DNA of 64,000 bases from an uncultured Chloroflexia bacterium (GTDB lineage: Bacteria > Chloroflexota > Limnocylindria > Limnocylindrales > CSP1-4). A program made the translations under genes and the position numbers. Shown piece after piece: positions 25,616 through 37,178 of the stretch (position 1 is its first letter; each line of letters starts with the position of its first letter). Location: positions 25,698 through 89,697 of the forward strand of contig CAVRZS010000005.1 of NCBI GenBank assembly GCA_963725745.1, read 5' to 3'. The notes under the pieces were generated by a model. That model did no database searches and had not been told where the DNA came from. It saw only the letters and a list, made by a program, of their open reading frames with translations.

Positions 25616-27064
25616 CTACTGGGGCCAGGCCAGCACCATGATCCGGATCTCGGTCATGTCCTCGATCGCCCAGCGCAGGCCCTCGCGCCCGAGGCCCGAG
25701 TCCTTCACGCCGCCGTAGGGCATGTGGTCGATCCGGTAGGTCGGGACGTCGTTGACGATCACGCCGCCGACCTCGAGGTCCGAGAAGCTCGCCCAGGCCG
25801 CCGCGAGGTCGTTGGTGAACACGCCGGTCTGCAGGCCGAAGAAGCTGTCGTTGACCTGGGCGATGGCGTCGCCCATGTCGCGGAACGGGAACGCCACCAC
25901 CAGCGGTGCGAACGCCTCGTTGGAGCACACCTTGGCGTGCACCGGGACATCGGTCAGGATCGTGGGGGCGAAGAAGTTGCCGTCGGCGGTCCCGCCCAGC
26001 AGCACCTTGCCGCCGAGCGCCCTCGCCTCGTCGACCCAGTCCTGCGTCCGCCGAGCGGCCGCGCTGTCGACCATCGGCCCGACGTCCGTCGTGCTGTCGG
26101 CTGGATCACCCACCTTCAGCGCGCCGGCCGCGGCGACGAACTTGCCCATGAACTCGTCCCACACGTCCTCGTGCACGAACATGCGCTGGACGCTGATGCA
26201 CACCTGGCCCGAATAGGCGAACGCCCCGACGACCATGCGCTTCACGGCCCAGTCGATGTCCGCGGTGCGGTCGACGATGACGCCGGCGTTGCCGCCCAGC
26301 TCGAGCACGACCTTCTTCTTCCCGGCGCGCTCCTTCATCCGCCAGCCCACCGACGGGGAGCCCGTGAACGTGAGCAGCTTGAACCGGTCGTCCGACACCA
26401 TCCGGTCGCCCAGCTCGCGGCTCATCGGCAGCACGCTGACCATGCCCTCGGGGACGCCTGCGGCATCGATGATCTCCGCCACCTTGAGCATCACCAGCGG
26501 ATCCTTGGACGGCGGCTTGAGGATGATCGGGTTGCCCGAGGCGATGGCCGGCGCCACCTTGTGGGCGGCCAGGTTGAGCGGGAAGTTGAACGGGCTGATT
26601 CCGGCGATCGGGCCGATCGGGAAGCGCCGGGTGATCCCGACCCGGTCGCGCGACGCGGCCATCAGGTCGAGCGGGATCAGCTCGCCCGTCATCCGCTCGG
26701 CCTCCTCGGCGCCCAGCCGGAAGGTGAGCGTGGCCCGGTCGACCTCCACGAGGGCATCGCGGATCGGCTTGCCGGCCTCGGCCGCGATGGTCGCGCCCAG
26801 CTCCTCGCGCCGCGCCTTGATCCCGGCGCTGACCTCGCGCAGGATGCGGCCGCGTTCGTAGGCAGGCAGCTTGCGGGTGACCTCGAACGCCTTGACGGCG
26901 GCTTCGACGGCTTCCTCGTACTGCGCGGGCGTCGCGTGATAGGTTGAGCCCGCGGGCTCGTCCGGACGGGCCGGGTTGTCGACGACGAGCGGGTCGTCGG
27001 ACTCGACCCAGCGGCCCGCCAGATAGATGGGATGAGGGGTCGTCGCCGTGCGGGTGGCAGTCAT
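25616..27064 (-). CDS. NAD(P)-dependent aldehyde dehydrogenase
   Basis: ATG at 27064 follows AGGAG by 8 nt. FTGSPSVG, LELGGNA and GQVCISVQR (catalytic Cys), and PYGGVKDSGLGREG. The upstream part of the 708-aa track ORF is junk. Confidence 0.9.
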   Translation of the reverse strand: MTATRTATTPHPIYLAGRWVESDDPLVVDNPARPDEPAGSTYHATPAQYEEAVEAAVKAFEVTRKLPAYERGRILREVSAGIKARREELGATIAAEAGKPIRDALVEVDRATLTFRLGAEEAERMTGELIPLDLMAASRDRVGITRRFPIGPIAGISPFNFPLNLAAHKVAPAIASGNPIILKPPSKDPLVMLKVAEIIDAAGVPEGMVSVLPMSRELGDRMVSDDRFKLLTFTGSPSVGWRMKERAGKKKVVLELGGNAGVIVDRTADIDWAVKRMVVGAFAYSGQVCISVQRMFVHEDVWDEFMGKFVAAAGALKVGDPADSTTDVGPMVDSAAARRTQDWVDEARALGGKVLLGGTADGNFFAPTILTDVPVHAKVCSNEAFAPLVVAFPFRDMGDAIAQVNDSFFGLQTGVFTNDLAAAWASFSDLEVGGVIVNDVPTYRIDHMPYGGVKDSGLGREGLRWAIEDMTEIRIMVLAWPQ

Positions 27065-27160
27065 AGGGGCACTCCTGGCGCCCCACGCGCGGGGCGGTCC
27101 TCGATGGGCCGATGCTACCAGCGGCACGCATGCATCGCGCCCGTCGCGCGAGATCGTCGG

Positions 27161-27814
27161 GTGACCCACGTCCTGCGGCTGGTCCGGTTCCGCTCCGTCG
27201 GCGCGGGCTTCGACGCGGCACTGCGTGGGTCGTTGCGGTCGGCGCTCGACGACGTGTCCGGGCTGCGCACCGTCGTGGGCGGACGAATCGGACCCGGCGA
27301 GGACGGCGAGCGGATCCTCGTGTCCGCGTGGGACTCGGAGGACGCGCTGGGCGCCGCGATCGCCAACGGTTCCGCGCCGCTTCCCGTGCCGCGCGACCTC
27401 GTCGACGAGGCGGCGATCGAGCCCGTCGAGACGCTGCCGATCGCCATCGAGCTGGACCTCCAGCAAGACGTGCCGATCGCGATCATCCGGGTCGTGACCG
27501 GGATCACCCGGCGAGGGCAGCTGGACGACTACGTGGCGGACGCCCGGGAGGGCTCCCTGCGCGATCGCGCGGCGGGCGAGGGCCCGCTCGCCCTGTACCT
27601 CGCCGTGGCGCCACCCGACCGCTTCGTCACCATCTCGCTGTGGGGCGGCTGGTCGCACGTCGAGGCGGCGACGGGCGCGGACCACGAGCACGTCGACCGG
27701 ACGCGCCACGCCGAGCGCCTCGCGACGTGGACCGCCGAGCACTACGAGGTGATCCCGGGGCTCGCGCTGGTCCGGCCGGGCGACCGCGACGCCCGGGCGG
27801 CCGCCGAGCCGTAG
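27161..27814 (+). CDS. Hypothetical protein, possibly tandem ABM/Dabb-like (ferredoxin-fold) domains
   Basis: Two similar halves (..RILVSAWDSEDAL.. and ..FVTISLWGGWSHVEAA..). The start is uncertain: GTG at 27161 or ATG at 27104. No catalytic motif recognised. Confidence 0.45.
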   Translation: MTHVLRLVRFRSVGAGFDAALRGSLRSALDDVSGLRTVVGGRIGPGEDGERILVSAWDSEDALGAAIANGSAPLPVPRDLVDEAAIEPVETLPIAIELDLQQDVPIAIIRVVTGITRRGQLDDYVADAREGSLRDRAAGEGPLALYLAVAPPDRFVTISLWGGWSHVEAATGADHEHVDRTRHAERLATWTAEHYEVIPGLALVRPGDRDARAAAEP

Positions 27815-27848
27815 GTAAGCGCCGACCAGGGTCAGCGCGACACCTGGG

Positions 27849-29527
27849 TCAGCGGCGCTTGCCGGTCCCGAAGATCGTGTCGAAGACGCCCCGCAGCAGC
27901 GACTGGCCGGCGCGCGACGACGCGACTCGGCCGGCGGTGCGGAGCCCGGTCTCGATGGTCTTCTCGCGCTGGCGGGCGTCCGCGCGCGCCTCGCGCTCCC
28001 GGGCCTTGCGCTCGCGGTCGGCCGCCTCCTGCGCCTTGCGCAGCTCGCGCGCCTGGCGCTCGATCTCGCGCCTCTGCTGCGCCGCGGTCATCGTCCCGAG
28101 GCCGGTCGCCGTGGTCGGCGAGACCTGGTCGCGCATCGTCGCGTCGGCGGCCGCGGTCGCGGCGGCCGCGTGGGCGGTGGCCAGCCTCGCCGTGATGATC
28201 TCGTGGGCGCTCTCGCGGTCGACCGTCTCCCCGTAGCGGCTGGCGAGCGGCGAGGCGGCGACCACCTGCGCCAGCTCGGGCTCGCTGAGCGGCGCCATCC
28301 GCGAGTCGGGCGGGATCAGCCGGGTCGCCGCGAGCGGCGTCGGGACGCCCTTGGGCGAGAGCACCGTGACCAGCGCCTCGCCGATGCCCAGGCTCGTGAT
28401 CGTGCGCTCGACGTCGTAGTGCTCGGTCATCGGGAACGTGCGGGCCGTCTTGCGCAGCGCGTCGGCGTCGTCGGGCGTGAACGCCCGCAGCGCGTGCTGG
28501 ATCCGGTTGCCCAGCTGCGACAGGACCGATGACGGCACGTCGGTGGGGGCCTGGGTGACGAAGTACACGCCGACGCCCTTGCTGCGGATGAGGCGCGCCG
28601 TGCGCTCGATCTGCTCGAGCAGCGCCTCGGAGGCGTCCTTGAACAGGAGATGCGCCTCGTCGAAGAAGAAGGCGAGCTTGGGCTTGGGCAGGTCGCCGAC
28701 CTCGGGCAGGCCCTCGTACAGCTGGGCCAGCATCCACAGCACGAACGTCGAGTACAGGCGCGGGCGGTCCATCACGTCCGCGACCTCGAGCAGGGTCACG
28801 ATCCCCTTGCCGTCGCGCGGTGGTGCGCAGCAGGTCGTCGACGTCGAACTCGGGCTCGCCGAAGAAGATGTCGGCGCCCTCCTGCTCGATCGTCACGATC
28901 GCCCGCAGGATCACGCCCAGCGAGGCCGGGCTGATGCCGCCCAGGTCCTCGAGCACAGGCTTGCCGTCGTCCGAGCCCAGGAACTTGAGGGTCGTGCGCA
29001 GGTCCGCGAGGTCGAGCAGCGGCAGGTGCTGGTCGTCGCAGTAGCGGAACACGAGCGACAGGATCGAGGTCTGGGTCTCGTTGAGGTCGAGGACCTTGCC
29101 CAGCAGCAGCGGACCGAACGAGCTGACGCTGGCCCGCACGTGGGCACCGGTCTTCCCCGACAGCGACAGGACCTCGAGCGGGTGGCCGGCGGCCTGCGAA
29201 GGTCCAGGCCAGCGACGTGCACCGATCGATGGTCCGCTGGTCCGTGGCGTCGCCCGGCGCGCCGATGCCCGACAGGTCGCCCTTCACGTCGACCGCGAAC
29301 ACCGGGACCCCGAGCGCGGACAGCTGGCCCGCGAAGATCTGGAGGGTCTTGGTCTTGCCCGTGCCGGTGGCGCCCGCGATCAGCCCGTGGCGGTTGACGC
29401 GCGAGAGCGCGACCTGGACCCGCACGTCCGACAGCACCTCGTCGGCCAGGAGCGGCGAACCGAGCACGATCGCGGGCTCCGCGAGCGTGTAGCCCGCGGC
29501 CATCTCGGACCGGAACGCCTCGTCCAT
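27849..29527 (-). pseudogene. DUF853 (YjgR/HerA-like P-loop NTPase) gene with two frame breaks as assembled
   Basis: Three consecutive frames carry GATGTGKTKTLQ..FAVDVKGDLSG, then VRASVSSFGPLLLGKVLDLNETQ..FFGEPEFDVDDLL, then IVTLLEVADVMDRPRLYSTFVLWMLAQLYE..PKLAFFFDEAHLLF..IRSKGVGVYFVTQ. Breaks lie near 29199 (TT) and 28815-28818. Confidence 0.8.
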
Positions 29528-29595
29528 GCGCCTACCTCCGAAGGGTCGCCGTCACGCGGGACCGGGCCCATGATCGCATCCGACCCCGCGCCCGG

Positions 29596-30472
29596 TCAGT
29601 CCTCGGCGGCCCGCGGGTAGGTGCCGAGGATCCGGACGACCTCGGTCTCCGCCTCGAGCTCGGCGAGCGCGGCCGCGCAGGCGGGATCCGCCGGGTCGGC
29701 GTCCAGGTCGACCCAGAACAGGTACTCCCAGCGCGCCCCGCGGGCGGTCCACGGCCGGGACTCGAGCCGCGACAGGTTCAGCCCGCGGCCGGCGAAGGCG
29801 CCCAGGCGATCGGTGCAGCGAGCCCGGCACGTTGCGCACCGCGAACACCATCGTCGTCCGTGGCGGTCCGTCGATCGCCTCCGGCCTGGCTGCCGCCCTG
29901 GCGCTCGCCTCGTCGCCCGGTCGCGTGATCACCGCGAACCGCGTCCGGTTGTCGTCACCGCCCTGGATGTCGTCGGCCAGCACCTCGAGGCCGTAGATGT
30001 CCGCCACCCTCGCGGACGCGACCGCCGCCGCCCCGCGCTCGCCGCGCTCGGCGATCTGCTTCGCGGCCCCCGCGGTGTTGTACGTCGTCTGCACCGTCCA
30101 GGCGCGGGAGCGCAGGAACTCGTCGGCCTGGGCCAGCGCGGCCGAGATCGAGTACACCCGCTCGATCGAGTCGAGCGTCTCGCCCGGGAGGGCGAGCAGC
30201 GCCAGGCGGACGGCGACCGAGACCTCGCCCGCGATCGGCAGCTCGAACGCCCACAGCAGGTCGAGGTTCTCGCGGATCGTCCCCAGCAGCGAGCTCTCGA
30301 CCGGCACCACGCCCGCGTCGGCGTCGCCGTCGCGGACGGCCTCGAACACCGCGCGGAACGACGTCAGGGCGAGGGGCGTGGGCGTGGCGAAGAAGCGCAG
30401 GACGGCGTCCTCGGCGAACGCGCCCGGTTCGCCGGCATAGGCGACGCGCGGCTGGCTCAGCGGTTGAACCAC
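29596..30472 (-). pseudogene. pheA: Prephenate dehydratase with one frame break as assembled
   Basis: RVAYAGEPGAF..VPVESSLLGTI..TRFAVI, then VFAVRNVPGSLH. The ACT domain (RLGAFAGRGLNLSRLESRPW..WEYLFWVDL..ILGTYPRAAED-TGA at 29596) continues in the +1 frame. Break near 29812 (extra C in CACC). Confidence 0.8.
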
Positions 30473-30986
30473 TCGGTGGTGTCGATCGGTCGCGCCTCGT
30501 CGTCGAACTCGGCGGGCGACGATCCCGCGGCGTGGGCGCCGGCCCCCGAGCGGCGGGATCCCGCGGCCTCCGCCGCCCCGGCCCAGGAGTCCGCGCCGAG
30601 CATGGCGTTGATCGCATCGACGTACGCCTCGACCGACGCCGCGACGATGTTCGTGCTCGTCACCTCGCCGGTGAAGCGGCCGTCGCCGCGCGCGCCCTCG
30701 GCCGAGGTGGGCGGCGCGATCCCGACCGTGACCTTGCCCTCCGCATCGGGGCCTTCGGCGAGCGCGTGGACGTCATAGGCCACCAGCCGGGGGTGGCCGT
30801 CCAGGACCTCGGCCAGCGCCAGGTCGACGGCCTTGAACAGGGCGTCGACCGCGCCGTTGCCCTCGGCGGACGCCTTCCAGTCGTGCTCGCCGGCGCGGAT
30901 GACCACCGCGGCCCGGCTGTTGACGTTGCTGCCCGAGGTCACGGTCCAGCGGGCCAGCCGGGCGGGGTCGGGCGCGCTCGCGTCGC

Positions 30987-30990
<4 letters not shown>
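30457..30990 (-). CDS. Stand-alone LeuA allosteric/dimerisation (LeuA_dimer) domain protein
   Basis: 177 aa. ..SAEGNGAVDALFKAVD..YDVHALAEGPDAEGKVTV..GEVTSTNIVAASVEAYVDAIN matches the C-terminal regulatory domain of isopropylmalate/citramalate synthases. The ATG overlaps the cimA TGA (ATGA) and is preceded by GGAGG. Confidence 0.75.
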
Positions 30991-32697
<1,707 letters not shown>

Positions 32698-32759
32698 CGG
32701 GTGAGGGTCCAGTGGCCCGTGCGGGTGGGTCGTCGACTCGCTGTGGCCGGTGCCCCGCC

Positions 32760-33887
32760 TCAGGCGGTCACCGGCCGGCAAATCGCGATCCGCTCCCCCA
32801 CGATCCGGGCCATCTCCCGGGTTCCAACGTACGAGTCGGCCGGCCCGAGGTCGCGGGTCCGGAAGCCGTCCGCGAGGGCGCCCGCGACGGCCGCCTCGAT
32901 CGCATCGGCGGCCGCGGCCTGGCCGAGCGAGGTGCGCAGCATCATCGCGGCCGACAGGATCGTGCCCAGCGGGTTGGCGATGTCCTGCCCCGCGATGTCC
33001 GGCGCGGAGCCGTGGATCGGCTCGTACAGTCCATGGCGCCCGTGGGCGGTCTGGGTCGTGCCGATCGAGGCCGAGGGCAGCATCCCGAGCGAGCCCGAGA
33101 TGACCGCCGCCTCGTCGGACAGGATGTCGCCGAACAGGTTCTCGGTGACCAGGACGTCGAACGACGCCGGCGACTTGGCGAGGACCATGGCGGCCAAATC
33201 GACCAGCCGGTGGTCCAGCGCCACGTCGGGGAAGTCGGCGTGGACCTCCTCGGTCACCTTGCGCCACAGGCGCGAGGTCGCGAGGACGTTCGCCTTGTCG
33301 ACCTGGGTCACCTTGCTCCGCCGGCCGCGCGCCAGCTCGAACGCGAGCGTGACGATCCGCCGGATCTCGCCTTCCGTGTACCACAGGGTGTCGATCGCGG
33401 CCCGGCCCTCGGGCGTGTCCCTGGGCTCCGACGGCCGGCCGAAGTACAGGCCGGACGTGAGCTCGCGCACGATCAGGCAGTCGACACCCGCGAGGAGCTC
33501 GGGCTTGAGCGGTGAGGCGTCGATGAGCGCCGGATGGACGGTGATCGGGCGCAGGTTGGCGAACAGGCCGAGGCCGCTGCGCAGCGCGAACAGCGCCTGT
33601 TCGGGGCGCACGGTGGCGTCGGGGTTGTCCCACTTCGGCCCGCCGCAGGCGCCGAGCAGCACCGCGTCGGCCGAACGGCAGGCGTCGATGTCCTCGGGCC
33701 GGATCGCGACGCCGTAGGTGTCGATGCCGATGCCGCCGACGAGGAGCTCGGTCCAGTCGAACGCGAAGCCGAACGCCCGACCCGTCGCCTCGAGGACGGA
33801 GACCGCCCCCGCGACGACCTCCGGACCGACGCCGTCGCCCGGGATCAGCGCGATCCGGTACCTGGGCGTCGTCGAGCCGTCCGTCAC
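32760..33887 (-). CDS. leuB: 3-isopropylmalate dehydrogenase
   Basis: RIALIPGDGVGPEV..LLGACGGPKWD..VRELTSGLYFG..NLFGDILSDEAA..GSLGMLPSAS..YEPIHGSAPDIAG. The ATG overlaps the leuA TGA (ATGA). Confidence 0.92.
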   Translation of the reverse strand: MTDGSTTPRYRIALIPGDGVGPEVVAGAVSVLEATGRAFGFAFDWTELLVGGIGIDTYGVAIRPEDIDACRSADAVLLGACGGPKWDNPDATVRPEQALFALRSGLGLFANLRPITVHPALIDASPLKPELLAGVDCLIVRELTSGLYFGRPSEPRDTPEGRAAIDTLWYTEGEIRRIVTLAFELARGRRSKVTQVDKANVLATSRLWRKVTEEVHADFPDVALDHRLVDLAAMVLAKSPASFDVLVTENLFGDILSDEAAVISGSLGMLPSASIGTTQTAHGRHGLYEPIHGSAPDIAGQDIANPLGTILSAAMMLRTSLGQAAAADAIEAAVAGALADGFRTRDLGPADSYVGTREMARIVGERIAICRPVTA

Positions 33888-35528
33888 GGCAGCTCCTCCG
33901 CGGTCCGGCGGCCGACGAAGGCGACCTCGATGCCGTTGATCTCGGCGCCGTGGAGCTTGTTGGCGGCGACGAGGTAGGCCTCGAGCGACGCCTCGATGAT
34001 GTTGGTCGAGAGCCCGTGGCCGGTCACGACGAGGGCGCCCGGACCCTCGTCGTGCGACCGCCGGCAGCGGACCAGGACCTGTCCCTGGGCATCCTCGCCC
34101 GCGGACACGGCCTTGATCTCGTACTCGGTCAGGACCGGATGCCAGCCGAGGACGGGCTGGACGGCCTCGTCGACGGCCCCGAACAGGGCGTTCACCGGGC
34201 CGTTGCCGGTCGCGTTGGCGGCCTTCGCCTCACCGGCGACGACCAGGGAGACGCTGCCCACCGAGTGCCCGCCGCTCGACGAGCTGATGTTCCAGCCGAG
34301 CAGCTCGATCGACCGGGGGACGTCCGCCTTGCGCTGCTCGACGAGCGCGACGAGGTCGGCGTCGGTGACGTCCTTCTTGGCGTCCGCCAGCGCGATCGCC
34401 GCCCGGTAGACGGCGTCGAGCGCCTCGCCGTCGACGTCATGGCCCAGCTCGTGGAGCTTGCCCTGGAGCCCGCGCCGGCCCGACAGCTTGCCGATCGACA
34501 GGGTGCTCCCCGCGAGCCCGACGGACTGCGGGGTCATGATCTCGTAGGTCAACGGGTTCTTGAGGAACCCGTCCTGGTGGATGCCCAATTCGTGGGCGAA
34601 CGCGTTGGCGCCGACGATGGCCTTGTTGGGCTGGACGGCGAACCCGGTCAGGTACGACACCAGCCGCGAGGCCGGGGTGAGCTGTTCGGTCTGGACCTGC
34701 GCCGCGAGCTCCGGGAACTGGTTGGGGCGCGTCCGGAGGGCCATCACGACCTCCTCCAGCGACGCGTTGCCCGCACGCTCGCCGAGGCCGTTGACCGTCA
34801 CCTCGACCTGGCGCGCGCCGGCCTGGACCGCCGCGAGCGTGTTGGCCGTGGCGAGGCCGAGGTCGTTGTGGCAGTGCACGCTGACGGTCGCGTCGCGGCC
34901 GACGAGATCGACGACGGTGCCCGACGAGGCGGCCGAACTCGGCCGGGATGGCGTAGCCGACGGTGTCCGGGATGTTCACGGTGGAGGCGCCGGCCTCGAC
35001 GACGGCCTGGTAGACCTCGAGCAGGAACGACGCCTCGGTCCGCGACGCGTCCTCGGCCGAGAACTCGATCTCGGCATCGCGGCCGAGCGTCTCGCGCGCC
35101 CAGCTCACCCACTTGACCGCGTCGGCGAGGGCCTCCTCGCGCGACAGCCGCAGCTTGTGCTTGAGATGGATGTCGCTGGTCGCGATGAACAGGTGCAGGT
35201 GCGGTCGCTCGGCGACCTCGATCGCCTCGACGGCGCGCTGCGGATCCCCGTCGCGGCAGCGCGCGAGCGCGGCCACCGCAATTCCCCCCTTGGTCTCCTG
35301 CGCGATCCGCCGGACCGCCTCGAAGTCGCCGGGCGAGGCGGCCGGAAAGCCGGCCTCGATCACGTCGACCCGAAGCCGCGCGAGCTGGCGCGCGACCTCG
35401 AGCTTCTCGGCGGCGGTCAGCCCGGCGCCGGGCGCCTGCTCCCCGTCGCGGAGCGTGGTGTCGAAGATGCGCACGGTCCCTGCGGCGACGCCGCCGCCGA
35501 ACCGCGGCTGAGTAGCCTCGAACGTCAT
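33884..35528 (-). pseudogene. leuA: 2-isopropylmalate synthase with one frame break as assembled
   Basis: ATG at 35528 follows GGGGAGGG by 6 nt. [43 protein letters not shown], then [37 protein letters not shown] in the +1 frame. Extra base in the CCC run at 34920-34922. Total 1645 nt equals 548 codons plus 1. Confidence 0.85.
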
Positions 35529-36585
35529 CGCGTGCCCTCCCCGGCCGGTACCGGCGCTGGCCACGGCCTGCGCCTGTCCGGCCTCGACGACGACCGGCTT
35601 CAGGAACGGCATCTTCGCCCGCAGGTCGGCCCCGACCTGCTCGATCTGGTGGTGCCGGTCCTGCTCGCGCAGCCGGCGGAACTCCTCGCCGCCGGCGTCC
35701 TGGACGGCGATCCAGCGGGTCGCGAACGATCCGCTCTGGATGTCGGTCAGGACGTCCTTCATCGCCGCCTTCGTGCCCTCGGTCACCCGCGGCCCGGAGA
35801 CGTAGTCGCCGTACTCCGCCGTGTCGGACACGCTGAAGCGCATGAAGTTGAGCCCGCCGCGGTACATGAGGTCGACGATGAGCTTGAGCTCGTGCATCGT
35901 CTCGAAGTACGCGAGCTCGGGCTGGTAGCCGGCCTCGACGAGCGTCTCGAACGCGGCCTTGACCATGGCCGAGACGCCGCCGCACAGGAGCGCCTGCTCG
36001 CCGAACAGGTCGGTCTCGGTCTCCTCCTTGAACGTGGTCTCGAGCACGCCCGCGCGGGTCGACCCGATGCCCCAGGCGTAGGCCAGGACGCGAGCACGCG
36101 CGGTCCCCGACGGGTCCTGCTCGACGGCGAACAGCGCCGGCACGCCGCCGCCCTGCTCGTACACGCTCCGCAGCAGGTGGCCGGGCCCCTTGGGGGCGAC
36201 CATGCCGACGTCGATCGTGTCCGGCGGCTGGATCCGGGCGAACCGGATGTTGAAGCCGTGGGCGAACATCAGCAGCTGGCCCGGGCGGAGGTTGGGCTCG
36301 ATCTCGGCGTCGTAGACCGCCTTCTGGGCCGTGTCGGGCACGGCGATCATGATCACGTCCGCCGCCTTGACGGCGTCCGCGACGTCCTCCACGCGCAGCC
36401 CGGCGGCCTCGGCCAGCGCGCGGCTCTTGGACCCGGCCGCCAGCCCGACCACGACGTCCACGCCGCTGTCCCGCAGGTTGAGGGCATGGGCGTGGCCCTG
36501 GCTGCCGTAGCCGATGATCGCGACCGTCTGCTCCCTCGAGAGCGCCCGGGTCGGCGTCAGCGTCGTAATACATCCGGGCGGTCAC
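35525..36585 (-). pseudogene. ilvC: Ketol-acid reductoisomerase; one frame break near the 5' end and no in-frame stop before leuA as assembled
   Basis: (MTAR)[13 protein letters not shown] in one frame, then [46 protein letters not shown].. in the next (extra G near 36533-36535). The frame then runs straight into the leuA ATG. Dropping one G from the GGGG run (35539-35542) gives a TGA overlapping the leuA ATG. Confidence 0.8.
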
Positions 36586-37178
36586 AGCTTCACAGCCTCC
36601 TCGATCGATCCGGCGCCGCGCAGCATGACCACCGCGCCCGTGCGGACCAGCTCCTTGATCCCGTAGCCGCGCAGCAGCGCGACGATGGCGTCGATCTCCC
36701 CCTCCGTCCCCGTCGCCTCGACGATCACGGAGTCCGGCGCGATGTCGACCACGCGCCCCTTGTACAGCTCGACGATCTTGATCACCTCGCCCCGGTTGGC
36801 GTCGCCGGCGCGGACCTTGACCAGCGCGAGCTCATGCTCGACCAGCTGGTCCGCGGTGACGTCCTGGACCTTGAGCACGTCGACCAGCCGGTAGAGCTGC
36901 TTGGTGGCCTGCTCCACCGCGACGTCGTCGCCGTGGATCGTGATCGTCATCCGGCTGACGCTCTCGCGGTCGGTCCTCGACACCGCGAGCGAGTCGATGT
37001 TGAAGTTGCGCGCGCGCATGAGGCTGGCGACCCGGTTGAGGACGCCCGGCCGGTTCATGACCAGCACGACGAGGATGTGGCGCGCCGCCTCGCCGGTCCC
37101 GGGCAGCGCCCGCGGCGGCGGGGCGCTGGTGTGGGCCGGCTGGGGATGCTGGCCGTTGGACTCCTGGTCGGCGCTCAT
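36582..37178 (-). CDS. ilvN: Acetolactate synthase small (regulatory) subunit
   Basis: HILVVLVMNRPGVLNRVASLMRARNFNIDSLAV..TITI ACT domain plus a C-terminal ALS_ss_C-like domain. ATGA overlap with the ilvB stop. Confidence 0.9.
   Translation of the reverse strand: MSADQESNGQHPQPAHTSAPPPRALPGTGEAARHILVVLVMNRPGVLNRVASLMRARNFNIDSLAVSRTDRESVSRMTITIHGDDVAVEQATKQLYRLVDVLKVQDVTADQLVEHELALVKVRAGDANRGEVIKIVELYKGRVVDIAPDSVIVEATGTEGEIDAIVALLRGYGIKELVRTGAVVMLRGAGSIEEAVKL

Noticed and set aside
35525-36585. Genuine bifunctional IlvC-LeuA fusion protein
   Set aside because: A strong RBS and ATG for leuA are retained. Deleting one G in a GGGG run recreates the ATGA coupling used elsewhere, and the region is riddled with similar 1-nt insertions. 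It is kept as a finding to verify, not as a claim.
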